Below are positions 1 through 8,263 of a stretch of DNA of 20,000 nt, piece after piece (position 1 is the first letter of the stretch; each line of letters begins with the position of its first letter). The stretch is from the IMG/VR virus record IMGVR_UViG_3300037508_000348; one strand, 5' to 3'. The position numbers and the translations under genes were made by a program. The notes beneath the pieces are model-generated. The model made no database searches. It was not told the origin of the DNA and saw only the letters and a program-made list of their open reading frames with translations. Source of the stretch: an uncultured virus (IMG/VR IMGVR_UViG_3300037508_000348). Lineage: Duplodnaviria; Heunggongvirae; Uroviricota; Caudoviricetes.

Positions 1-13
1 GCGGAGGCTGGTA

Positions 14-340
14 ATGGCTCAGCGTTTTGCATCGGAGAAGCGGAGCTTTGGATTTTGTGATCGTTGCGCCTTTCGCTACCCACTGAAAAAGCTCAAGCAG
101 TATGTGGTTTTCGGCAAGATCATCAATCAGAGAGTTTGCCCTACCTGTTGGGAAATAGACCACCCGCAAAATTGGGTCGGAGTTATAGGCGCACAGAAGG
201 TAGCTAACGATCCGCAGGCACTGCGTAATCCAAGACCCGATACTAATTTGAACGATTCCAGAGGGTTATTTGCATGGAACCCTATCGCTTCACAACAGGC
301 CGATTTTACGCTTAACAGCGTTTTTGTTACAATTAGCTAG
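14..340 (+). CDS. Phage Zn-finger-like virion/neck-associated protein (CxxC...CxxC) with C-terminal TLNSV motif
   Basis: ORF track; CDRC and CPTC pairs, DPQALRNPRPD; start overlaps an upstream stop (TAATG at 12-16) with GGAGG at 3-7. Confidence 0.75.
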   Translation: MAQRFASEKRSFGFCDRCAFRYPLKKLKQYVVFGKIINQRVCPTCWEIDHPQNWVGVIGAQKVANDPQALRNPRPDTNLNDSRGLFAWNPIASQQADFTLNSVFVTIS

Positions 341-349
341 AGGTTACAG

Positions 350-535
350 ATGAAGTACGATGACGTTTCTCAGGATAAGAAAATGATTAAGAAGGCCGTG
401 CGTATGCACGACGATCAACTACACGAAGGAAAAAAGACACGCCTGAAGGGTCTCAAGAAAGGTGGAGTCACCTCTGCTGAAATGAAAAAGATGGGCCGGA
501 ATAGGGCTCGTGCCAAGAACCAAAAGAGTAAGTAA
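350..535 (+). CDS. Small basic phage protein (61 aa) with LKKGG motif
   Basis: ORF track; GAGG upstream; packed between neighbours; Lys/Arg-rich. Confidence 0.75.
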   Translation: MKYDDVSQDKKMIKKAVRMHDDQLHEGKKTRLKGLKKGGVTSAEMKKMGRNRARAKNQKSK

Positions 536-537
536 TC

Positions 538-690
538 ATGAGTACACGTAAAACGGGCGGTACCGCCGAAAAAGTCCCGACTCCAAACACCGCTGGCTAC
601 CCAAATGAGAAGCCCAACACTCAGACCGTAAAAGTACGCGGCACGGGTGCAGCCGTCAAAGGCGATAAGTCTTCTACCAAGCTGGGTTAA
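538..690 (+). CDS. Small phage protein (50 aa, MSTRKTGG...VKVRGTGAAVKGDKSSTKLG); not in ORF track
   Basis: Manual translation: ATG 538 just after the previous stop, TAA 688-690; fills the gap; RGTGAAxKG motif I recognise from phage structural modules. Confidence 0.75.
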   Translation: MSTRKTGGTAEKVPTPNTAGYPNEKPNTQTVKVRGTGAAVKGDKSSTKLG

Positions 691-710
691 AAAGTTAAGG
701 GATATTTGAC

Positions 711-1352
711 ATGAGCCTGACGTACCAGCAGCTTTACGATGCCATTCAGCAATATAGTGAAGTTGACGAGCCCACGTTCAACGCAAACATCCCTAACTTT
801 GTAAAGAATACAGAGCTACTGGTCAACAACACCGTTCAACTCCCAGCATTCAGACGTAATGTTACGGGCGAAGCCACTCAGTTGTTTCAGTACCTCAACA
901 TGCCATCAGACTTTTTGTCTGTGTTTTCAATGGCAACCATTGACGCTAGCGGTAACTACACTTACCTCCTGCAGAAAGATGTGAACTACATCCGTGAAGC
1001 CTACCCGTTTCCAACGGCTATCGGTGAGCCAAAATACTACGGTCTGTTTAGTTCTACTGCGTTTATTCTAGGCCCGACTCCAGACGTGAATTACACGATG
1101 GAGCTTCATTACTACGCGGCTCCGCAGTCTATTGTTGACGCAGGGACTAGCTGGTTGGGCCAGAACTACCCCTCTGTGCTGTTGTGGGGCTCTTTGGTAG
1201 AAGCCTCTGTCTTTCTGAAAGGCGAAGCGGATATGACGCAGAACTACCAGAACAAGTATAATGAAGCGATGATGTTGCTCAAGCAGCTTGGAGATGGTAA
1301 GAACCGCGAAGACAATTTCAGAACAACCCAAGTTAGAGATCAAGTCGTATGA
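711..1352 (+). CDS. Probable head-tail adaptor/connector protein
   Basis: 213 aa; PKYY...ILGPTPD..Y..ELHY, WL..NYP..LL.G.L.EA pattern typical of podovirus adaptor-like proteins; position upstream of tail genes. Confidence 0.6.
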   Translation: MSLTYQQLYDAIQQYSEVDEPTFNANIPNFVKNTELLVNNTVQLPAFRRNVTGEATQLFQYLNMPSDFLSVFSMATIDASGNYTYLLQKDVNYIREAYPFPTAIGEPKYYGLFSSTAFILGPTPDVNYTMELHYYAAPQSIVDAGTSWLGQNYPSVLLWGSLVEASVFLKGEADMTQNYQNKYNEAMMLLKQLGDGKNREDNFRTTQVRDQVV

Positions 1353-1462
1353 ACGAAGAAAACGAAGCGAACCAGAATATAGAATTTACCCTCAATAGTG
1401 TCGCTGTAATGGCAGATCACTTTGAGCCCGACGCAGAATTTGAAATTTCCGAAGAGGTATAA
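1349..1462 (+). CDS. Acidic micro-protein (37 aa, MNEENEANQNIEFTLNSVAVMADHFEPDAEFEISEEV); not in ORF track
   Basis: ATGA overlap with the adaptor stop; TAA 1460-1462, 3 nt before the next ATG; carries the shared TLNSV motif. Confidence 0.7.
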   Translation: MNEENEANQNIEFTLNSVAVMADHFEPDAEFEISEEV

Positions 1463-1465
1463 ATC

Positions 1466-1894
1466 ATGGCGATCACCCAAGCCTTAGCATCAGCGTTCAA
1501 AAGTGAGGTTCTACAAGGCATTCATAACTTCGCCGCTGCGGGTGGCGATACCTTCAAACTTGCTCTTTACACTTCGGCAGCTAACCTAGACTCCACGACT
1601 ACGGTTTATACGACTTCTGGGGAATCTTCAGGACCGGGGTATACGGCGGGTGGGCAGACGCTGACTAATGTAGGTGTGAGTCTCTCGGGCACCACCGCAT
1701 TTCTGGATTTTGATGACGTGACATGGACCTCTGCTTCTATCTCTGCGGCGGGCGCTCTGATTTACAATTCTACTGATTCCAATAAGGCAGTAGCGATTCT
1801 GAGCTTCGGAGGGACGTACACCTCCACTAACGGTAATTTTACGGTCACGTTCCCTGCAGCTACGTCTAGTACGGCCATTATCATTTTGAACTAA
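1466..1894 (+). CDS. Conserved beta-rich phage structural protein (142 aa)
   Basis: GAGG SD; FKLALYT, E.SG.GYTAGG.TL, GALIYN, F...FP motifs; Thr/Ser/Gly-rich. Confidence 0.7.
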   Translation: MAITQALASAFKSEVLQGIHNFAAAGGDTFKLALYTSAANLDSTTTVYTTSGESSGPGYTAGGQTLTNVGVSLSGTTAFLDFDDVTWTSASISAAGALIYNSTDSNKAVAILSFGGTYTSTNGNFTVTFPAATSSTAIIILN

Positions 1895-1907
1895 CCTAAA
1901 CGCACAA

Positions 1908-1927
1908 GGGGCAGCGACAACTGCCCC
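1908..1927 (+). promoter_or_regulatory. GC-rich hairpin in the HNH gene leader
   Basis: GGGGCAG-cgacaa-CTGCCCC perfect 7-bp stem; no U-tract follows. Confidence 0.45.
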
Positions 1928-1964
1928 GAAGTGCTACACCACCAATCTGAGAAGGAGATTGAAG

Positions 1965-2465
1965 ATGCAAAACGATACTATCATCATAGAAAATGCAGCG
2001 CAACTACTTGACTATGACCCAGAAACGGGGGAGATGGTGTGGAAAGTCCGCAAAAAAGGAAGTCGCGGGCGGGGTAAAAAAGCCGGCTACGCCAGTCACG
2101 GCTATATCGTAGTAGGGTTAACCGGGAAGCGCTTATTCGGGCATAGGATAGCGTGGTTTTTACATTATGGGAATTTACCAGAACAGCAGATAGACCACAA
2201 AGACAGAGATCGCTCAAACAATAAAATATACAACCTGCGAATAGCCGAGAATAATTGGTTCGATAATCATCAGAATAGGTCGCTACCGTCAAACAACACT
2301 TCCGGTGTAATAGGCGTAAAATGGCATAAAGTTAGTGGCAAATGGGTGGCGCAGATACAGGTCAATAAGAAACAGATACATTTAGGGCTTTTTGAATCTT
2401 TTGAAGACGCAGTTGCCGCACGTAGAGCCGCTGAGTTAAAATATTTTACGTTTGCTAATCCATAG
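1965..2465 (+). CDS. Free-standing HNH homing endonuclease with C-terminal AP2 DNA-binding domain
   Basis: HRIAW...IDHKDRDRSNNKIYNLR (HNH); NTSGVIGV.W....KW.AQI......HLG.F...E.A..AR (AP2). ATG 1965 preferred over TTG 1959 because AAGGAG lies at 1952-1957. Confidence 0.92.
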   Translation: MQNDTIIIENAAQLLDYDPETGEMVWKVRKKGSRGRGKKAGYASHGYIVVGLTGKRLFGHRIAWFLHYGNLPEQQIDHKDRDRSNNKIYNLRIAENNWFDNHQNRSLPSNNTSGVIGVKWHKVSGKWVAQIQVNKKQIHLGLFESFEDAVAARRAAELKYFTFANP

Positions 2466-2477
2466 AGAATAGACACC

Positions 2478-3674
2478 ATGCCTAAGATGCAAAATCGGGT
2501 CCAAGAGACCACTACTACTGGCGGTACCGGCACGATTACTTTGGCTGGTGCTGTTACTGGGTACATTACATTCGCTGCGGGATTCACTACGGGCGATGTG
2601 CTCTTTTACACTATAGATAACGGCATTGGCGAGTGGGAAATTGGCATAGGTACACTGGTTACTACAGGTACACTATCTCGTACTACGGTCATCGCCTCGT
2701 CTAATAGCGGTGCGCTAGTCAACTTTTCTTCTGGTACTAAACGAGTATTTTGCTCCGCGCCCACGCGCTCACTGGTGCCCGACCAAGACAGCAAAAGCGG
2801 CTACGTCCTCACTACAGACGGCACGAACCCAAGCTGGACTCAGACGCTAAACAGCGTCAACATCGGCAACACAACCGCAGGCACAGGGGCCTTTACTACT
2901 CTTTCGGCTTCTTCTACCGTCTCCGGCACGGGCTTCAGTAACTATCTCGCTTCTCCTCCCGCCATTGGCGGCTCATCCCCTGCGGCGGGTAACTTCACTA
3001 ATCTTGGCTATACCGGCACACTCACGGGCGGCACGGGTGTTATCAATATCGGATCGGGGCAGATAGTTAAGAATGCGTCCGGCGTAGTCACCATAGGCAG
3101 CGCCATCAGCCTCGACCCCACGACAGCCAATGCGCTGGTGGTAAATAGCAGTGGGAATGTGGGGATTGGTACTGCAAGTTCTTCAGGTAGATTTACATTA
3201 AAAGGCTCAGGGGCGACAGCGGGGACTTCTTCTATATACGTTACAAATAGTACTCCCGTATATACATTTGTAGTTAATGATGATGGTTCATTTTATACAG
3301 GTGCATCACCAGCGGGTGCTCCATATAACGTAACAACAGGCACAGGCGCAAATTTAGTTGTTACATCCGCTGGACAATTGCAAAGGTCTACATCATCACT
3401 TAAATATAAGACAGATGTACAAGATGCTACCCATGGGCTTGCTGATGCTTTGAAGCTAAGAGCAGTTACATACAAAGGCAAGAATGATGGAAGCACTGTT
3501 TTTGGCGGCTTAATTGCCGAAGAAGTGCATGAGGCTGGTTTAACAGAGTTTGTGCAATATGCTGAAGATGGTTCTCCTGATGCGTTGAGCTATGGAAATA
3601 TGGTTTCCCTTGCATTCAAAGCCATCCAAGAACTCCACGCCGAAATCGAATCACTCAAACAGAGGACACACTAA
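2478..3674 (+). CDS. Tail fibre with C-terminal peptidase S74 intramolecular chaperone
   Basis: N-terminal RVQETTTTGGTG...WEIG.G...LSR..V..SSN anchor; GNVGIGT motif; TSSLKYK...GLIAEEV...KAIQEL chaperone. Confidence 0.85.
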   Translation: MPKMQNRVQETTTTGGTGTITLAGAVTGYITFAAGFTTGDVLFYTIDNGIGEWEIGIGTLVTTGTLSRTTVIASSNSGALVNFSSGTKRVFCSAPTRSLVPDQDSKSGYVLTTDGTNPSWTQTLNSVNIGNTTAGTGAFTTLSASSTVSGTGFSNYLASPPAIGGSSPAAGNFTNLGYTGTLTGGTGVINIGSGQIVKNASGVVTIGSAISLDPTTANALVVNSSGNVGIGTASSSGRFTLKGSGATAGTSSIYVTNSTPVYTFVVNDDGSFYTGASPAGAPYNVTTGTGANLVVTSAGQLQRSTSSLKYKTDVQDATHGLADALKLRAVTYKGKNDGSTVFGGLIAEEVHEAGLTEFVQYAEDGSPDALSYGNMVSLAFKAIQELHAEIESLKQRTH

Positions 3675-4015
3675 TGGCCGATTACAAAGAAACTGACGTA
3701 TCCGGTGTCGCATGGCAACGCGCTTACCAAATCCTGATTCTTAATCCTCTGGGTCAAGTGCCAACAGTGAGGTATGACGAGGAACAGGTAATCAACCTAA
3801 ACAATGAGCAGATCAAGCAATTTGTCGGCAATCTGGGCTACACGGTAGACCCGCTCGGCATCATCGAACTGCGCGATCCAGAAACCTTGGAACTGACCGG
3901 CGAAAGTATCCCGGTGGCGACGGTGCATGAAGCGCTATTCTCGGACTACATTAACAGAGCGATGGCCCGTGATGATGGGGCTAACTTGGTCCCTCCTGTT
4001 GAGCCGGAAGAATAA
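3674..4015 (+). CDS. Phage protein, possible tail-fibre accessory/assembly factor
   Basis: TAATG coupling to the fibre gene; 113 aa, acidic; function inferred from position only. Confidence 0.6.
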   Translation: MADYKETDVSGVAWQRAYQILILNPLGQVPTVRYDEEQVINLNNEQIKQFVGNLGYTVDPLGIIELRDPETLELTGESIPVATVHEALFSDYINRAMARDDGANLVPPVEPEE

Positions 4016-4028
4016 AACCTGCTACACT
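3999..4028 (+). promoter_or_regulatory. Putative sigma70 promoter upstream of the lysis cassette
   Basis: TTGAGC (3999-4004), 18 nt, TACACT (4023-4028) with extended TG at 4020-4021; lies at a rare intergenic gap. Confidence 0.4.
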
Positions 4029-4062
4029 ACGCGCTCCTATCAACAACAACTCATAGACAACT

Positions 4063-4218
4063 ATGCAGCCTAAAATTGAAATCAGTATAGAGCTTTTGAA
4101 CGCGGTCCTGAACTATCTGGGCACCAAGCCTTTCGTGGAAGTCGCAGGACTCATCAACGGCATTCAGGAGCAGGCCAAAGGGCAGTTGCCAGAGGCAACG
4201 GAAGCGGTAGAGGAATAA
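4063..4218 (+). CDS. Small helical phage protein (51 aa, MQPKIEISIELLNAVLNYLGTKPFVEVAGLINGIQEQA...); not in ORF track
   Basis: Manual translation; amphipathic helix pattern YL...P..EV..LI; fills the gap before the endolysin. Confidence 0.75.
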   Translation: MQPKIEISIELLNAVLNYLGTKPFVEVAGLINGIQEQAKGQLPEATEAVEE

Positions 4219-4236
4219 GGATAAGAGGAGGTAGGT

Positions 4237-4665
4237 ATGGTTACATCGAGACAGTGCTTTGCTAAGTGGGGCGACCCTAACACTCGGGAAGACGAGGGCA
4301 AATATATGGTGCTGTGGGACGTACCTACCTCGCTTGAAATCGGCGTGATCCCCAAAAGGCTGTACTGCAATCGCGCAATGATCGAACCATTAACCAAAGC
4401 ATTCAACAACATCATTAGCCGGGGTCTCATTAACCATCTTAAAACGTGGGACGGGTGCTTCAATATCCGTAAAAAGAGAGGGGCAACCTCTCAGTCCCTT
4501 CATGCGTGGGGTATCGCTATTGATATCAATGCCGCGTGGAATCCCTTCGGGAAAAAGGGCAATATGAGTCCTGAATTGGTGAAATGCTTCACAGACGCGG
4601 GTTTTGATTGGGGAGGTACGTGGAGTAAGCCAGATTCAATGCACTTCCAACTAGCGAAAATATGA
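4237..4665 (+). CDS. Endolysin, M15-family zinc peptidase
   Basis: SLHAWGIAIDIN (SxHxxGxAxD) and WGG.W...D.MHFQ; strong SD GGAGGT. Confidence 0.9.
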   Translation: MVTSRQCFAKWGDPNTREDEGKYMVLWDVPTSLEIGVIPKRLYCNRAMIEPLTKAFNNIISRGLINHLKTWDGCFNIRKKRGATSQSLHAWGIAIDINAAWNPFGKKGNMSPELVKCFTDAGFDWGGTWSKPDSMHFQLAKI

Positions 4666-4790
4666 AACCCCGCAACCCAAAAGATAAATCGCCTACTGAA
4701 CTGCTGGCTGAAGGGTTAGTGTATGCCTGTCTGACGGTCTCTTTTCTGTTGGTGTTTATGTATGGTGTTGTGACTTACTTTTGGGATTAG
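4662..4790 (+). CDS. Single-TM membrane micro-protein (42 aa), possible lysis accessory; not in ORF track
   Basis: ATGA overlap with endolysin stop; MKPRNPKDK...GLVYACLTVSFLLVFMYGVVTYFWD; TAG 4788-4790. Confidence 0.6.
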   Translation: MKPRNPKDKSPTELLAEGLVYACLTVSFLLVFMYGVVTYFWD

Positions 4791-4799
4791 GAGAATACA

Positions 4800-4988
4800 A
4801 TGGGTGCTTTAGTAGACAGATTTGGTATTGCATTAGGCGAGGCGAGTACGTGGCGCGGGATTGTAATGCTGTTGACTGCAGTGGGACTGCAGATTGATCC
4901 TGCTCAGCAGACGGCTATTATTCAAGCGGGCCTTGCCGTTGTTGGTGTTATCAGCGTTTTCACAAAGCGCAAACCGTCCGTAGGCTAG
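4800..4988 (+). CDS. Putative holin (62 aa, two hydrophobic segments, basic C-terminus)
   Basis: AGGAG SD; E.STWRG motif, two hydrophobic stretches, KRK tail; close to endolysin. Confidence 0.65.
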   Translation: MGALVDRFGIALGEASTWRGIVMLLTAVGLQIDPAQQTAIIQAGLAVVGVISVFTKRKPSVG

Positions 4989-5004
4989 CTGACAGAGACT
5001 CGGG

Positions 5005-6318
5005 GTGTTAGGCTTCTCGGCTATTGCAGACTCGCCCATTGCGGCACCACGCATTGATGCCTATTTACTCCTAACTTCTCAGAGTCTTAGCCTCTCTCTT
5101 TCTTCGGCTGCAGTCACGGCTGCAGCTAACTACGCGCTCTCTTCTCAGTCACTTGTAACGACACTCAACAGCCCCACTATTCAGGCAGGGGCACAATACG
5201 CGCTTGACTCGCAGACACTCACTACTACACTCAACGCTCCCTCTGTTACTGCCGCCAGTGCAGTCACTCTCACTTCTCAATCTCTCACGCTGACGCTCAA
5301 TAGCGTCACGGCTACGGCCATCACCTACGTACCCCTCGTAGGCCAAACACTCAACTTGACGCTCAACAGCGTTACGGTTACAGCAGATGCGCTCTATACC
5401 CTTGATTCTCAGAGCCTTACGACAACGCTCAGCAGTGTCGTCATTGAAGTTCAGCCGCCGACGTTTGACTCCCAGAGCCTTACCAGCACACTCAATAGCG
5501 TAGCGCTAGAGACCAACAATGACATAACCCTCACGGGGCAGAATCTAATTGCCTCCCTAAACTCCGTTGCTCTATCTGTTGGCCAGACGGTTGATCTTAC
5601 GGGGCAAACCCTCACCACTACGCTCAATTCGGTTACTGTCTCTGCGGCAGCGGGTATAACACCCACGGGGCTGTCCTTCTATGGATATGTTTCGCCGGTT
5701 ATTCTGAGTGTAGGGGCTACGGTCCCCACTACGGGGTTGATGCTCACATCGACGCTCAATAGTTTCAGAAAGTTCTGGGTAGATATTTATACGCCGCAGA
5801 CACCTGAGATTCCCTATGATGACTGCTCGATTGGCTCAACGCCGATATGCTACACCCCACCAGAGCCTACAACGCAGGCGACGATTCAGGGAAATTGGAA
5901 CGAGATAACGCTTGATGCGGTGGTAGATGGTCAGGACTGCTCGATTGGGTCACAGCCTATCTGTGTGGGAGTCAACTATACGAATACCGAATTGCTGGTG
6001 ACAGCAGTGAATGGTGGTGGAGCCATCACGGGAATTTCGATAAAGCACACCTCGCTCTACGATGAAGTCCCGCCCAACCCAGCCATTGTGGTAGCAACAA
6101 ACGGTGGAGCAAATGCCACGTTCAATATACAATACTCCCAAAATGTAGCGATCAGCGTAGCGATTGCCAACGGCGGCTCTGGGTATGTAGTAGGTGATAC
6201 ACTCTTCGTATTAGGAGGAATCGGATACAATCTACCCTCTACTGGAAAATATCCTGCCGCATTGTGGTCCAACATTACAACCGCCCAGACCAGCAACTGG
6301 GCCAATATACCGACATAA
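5005..6318 (+). CDS. Virion structural protein with about 11 tandem 22-aa repeats
   Basis: GTG start; repeats L-x-[SG]-Q-x-L-x-x-T-L-N-S-V; C-terminal W..I...Q..NW..I. Confidence 0.75.
   Translation: MLGFSAIADSPIAAPRIDAYLLLTSQSLSLSLSSAAVTAAANYALSSQSLVTTLNSPTIQAGAQYALDSQTLTTTLNAPSVTAASAVTLTSQSLTLTLNSVTATAITYVPLVGQTLNLTLNSVTVTADALYTLDSQSLTTTLSSVVIEVQPPTFDSQSLTSTLNSVALETNNDITLTGQNLIASLNSVALSVGQTVDLTGQTLTTTLNSVTVSAAAGITPTGLSFYGYVSPVILSVGATVPTTGLMLTSTLNSFRKFWVDIYTPQTPEIPYDDCSIGSTPICYTPPEPTTQATIQGNWNEITLDAVVDGQDCSIGSQPICVGVNYTNTELLVTAVNGGGAITGISIKHTSLYDEVPPNPAIVVATNGGANATFNIQYSQNVAISVAIANGGSGYVVGDTLFVLGGIGYNLPSTGKYPAALWSNITTAQTSNWANIPT
5071..5763 (+). repeat. Coding tandem repeat, 22-aa (66-nt) period, about 11 copies
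   Basis: e.g. LTSQSLTLTLNSVTATAITYVP / LVGQTLNLTLNSVTVTADALYT / LTGQTLTTTLNSVTVSAAAGIT. Confidence 0.85.
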
Positions 6319-6330
6319 AGGTGCGTAACC

Positions 6331-8256
6331 ATGCCTGCAACATATTCATCTAACCTCAGACTTGAACTCATCGGCCCCGGTGAGCAGGCCAACACATGGG
6401 GCAACACCACCAGCAACAATTTAGGCACGCTGATGGAAAGCGCTGTTGCGGGGCGTATAGAGCTCTCTTCGGGTTGGGTAGCTAACTCGCTTACACTGAC
6501 GGCGTTCAATGGTGCTAACGATCAGTCGAGGCAGATGTGTCTGGTGGTCCCGGCTATTACGATCAGCGCGAACTCAAACATCGTGGTTCCCGCCAGTGCG
6601 GTTACAGCCTCATCGGGCAAGCTCTATACCGTCATCAACCGATCAACGTCCTATGCGGTCACGATCAAACTCCCATCAACTACGGGCATAACGATTCCAG
6701 CCAATACAACGAAGACGGTTATCTATAACGGCACGGACTTTCAAGAAACCATTACTGCGCTGGACTTCCTTACACTGACAGGCACCCCCACGGTCAACGC
6801 ACATGCCGTAAACAAAGGCTATGTAGATGGGAAATTTTTCATCAATGCAGGGGCCAATACCGTCACGGGCAACACTACATTTACAGGCACCGTCACTCTG
6901 CCCGTAGCGACACCCACAGGCAACCAAGCCACCTCGTACAACTACGTCAATAGCAACTATTTGTGGAAAGCGGCGGGTGAAAGCACTCAGACCATGATCC
7001 CTAGGCTGAAATTAACCCAAGCGGCTGTTGATAATGATGATGTAATCACTAAAGGATACGCAGACAGTAACTTTGTAGGGCTCACCACTGTCCAGACGAT
7101 TTCTGGCACTAAGACATTTTCTACAAATGTCTCCCTAAGTGGCTCCGCGCAGCTTATTCTCCCCAACGCTCCCTTGAGTGGCACTCAGGCTACCAATAAG
7201 AGCTATGTAGATGGAGAGATAGCGGCGGCGTCATCTCTAGCCGCGAGCACTTTTGTCCCCCAGACGAGGACCATTACAGTAGGCACGGGGCTTCAGGTCA
7301 ATGGCACGGCGAGTGCGGATTTGAGTGGAAATATCAATCTTCAGCTTGTTGGAGGAGGTACGGTCACTTCGGTTACGGCAACTTCTCCTTTGACCGCTAC
7401 AGGCACTACGGCGGTTAATTTGTCCATGAATATAGCCAGCACTTCACAAAACGGCTATTTAACCTCCACGGACTGGAACACGTTTAACGGCAAATGCAAT
7501 GCTAATGGTTCCAACGCTTCGGGTACTTGGGCCATCAGTATTGCAGGCAATGCCGCTACCGCTACGAATGCAACAAACGCTACGAATGCAACAACAGCCA
7601 CGACAGCTACAAACGCCACGAATGCTACGAATGCGACAAACGCTACGAATGCAAATGCTTTGGGCGGTGTAGCCGCTAGCGGTTACGTACTAAAAACCGG
7701 CTCCACGATGACTGGGGCGTTAAATGTTCAGAATAGCGGTTCTCCATCAGGGTATGTTAGTGTAGACACTGTCTTTAATGGCTCTGACTATTTCCCCGCT
7801 ATTTTGTCTGTTAATACAGCCGCTTCTACATATAGGCCATTAGTATTAGCGCAATTAAGCACTTTAGGCACTTATGAAGTTAGATTAGCCATAGGCACAG
7901 GGGGCGCTGTAACGATATCTAACTTAGCTGCTGGCGGTACTGTCTCTGCAGGGGCGGGCACAGGCACACTAACGGTATCCTCAGACCAAAACTTAAAAAT
8001 AGCTGACGGTTTCATAGAAGATGGCCTCTCTAAAATAGATGCGCTGCAACCTCGTTACTTTTATTGGAAAGATGAAGAAGGTAATGCTAACCTTGAAGAA
8101 GGAAGGCAACTAGGTTTTTATGCTCAAGAGGTGCAAGCAGTTAGCCAAGAAGCCTCTCCAACGGGGCAAGGCATATACGATAGAGCGATAATTGCTATGC
8201 TGGTTAAAGCCGTGCAAGAACTCAAAACCGAAGTAGAAGCTCTTAAAGGAGCATAA
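6331..8256 (+). CDS. Tail fibre with C-terminal peptidase S74 chaperone
   Basis: N-terminal L.LELI..GEQ..TWG.TT..NL anchor; four xKxYVD-like stalk motifs; ATN repeats; SSDQNLK...LGFYAQEV...LVKAVQEL. Confidence 0.85.
   Translation: MPATYSSNLRLELIGPGEQANTWGNTTSNNLGTLMESAVAGRIELSSGWVANSLTLTAFNGANDQSRQMCLVVPAITISANSNIVVPASAVTASSGKLYTVINRSTSYAVTIKLPSTTGITIPANTTKTVIYNGTDFQETITALDFLTLTGTPTVNAHAVNKGYVDGKFFINAGANTVTGNTTFTGTVTLPVATPTGNQATSYNYVNSNYLWKAAGESTQTMIPRLKLTQAAVDNDDVITKGYADSNFVGLTTVQTISGTKTFSTNVSLSGSAQLILPNAPLSGTQATNKSYVDGEIAAASSLAASTFVPQTRTITVGTGLQVNGTASADLSGNINLQLVGGGTVTSVTATSPLTATGTTAVNLSMNIASTSQNGYLTSTDWNTFNGKCNANGSNASGTWAISIAGNAATATNATNATNATTATTATNATNATNATNATNANALGGVAASGYVLKTGSTMTGALNVQNSGSPSGYVSVDTVFNGSDYFPAILSVNTAASTYRPLVLAQLSTLGTYEVRLAIGTGGAVTISNLAAGGTVSAGAGTGTLTVSSDQNLKIADGFIEDGLSKIDALQPRYFYWKDEEGNANLEEGRQLGFYAQEVQAVSQEASPTGQGIYDRAIIAMLVKAVQELKTEVEALKGA
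7555..7659 (+). repeat. Ala-Thr-Asn/Thr tripeptide repeat (9-nt period)
   Basis: ATATNATNATNATTATTATNATNATNATNATNANA; gctacgaatgc recurs. Confidence 0.85.
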
Positions 8257-8263
8257 CCGTGCC

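Noticed and set aside
1908..1927. Intrinsic terminator
   Set aside because: No U-tract on either side
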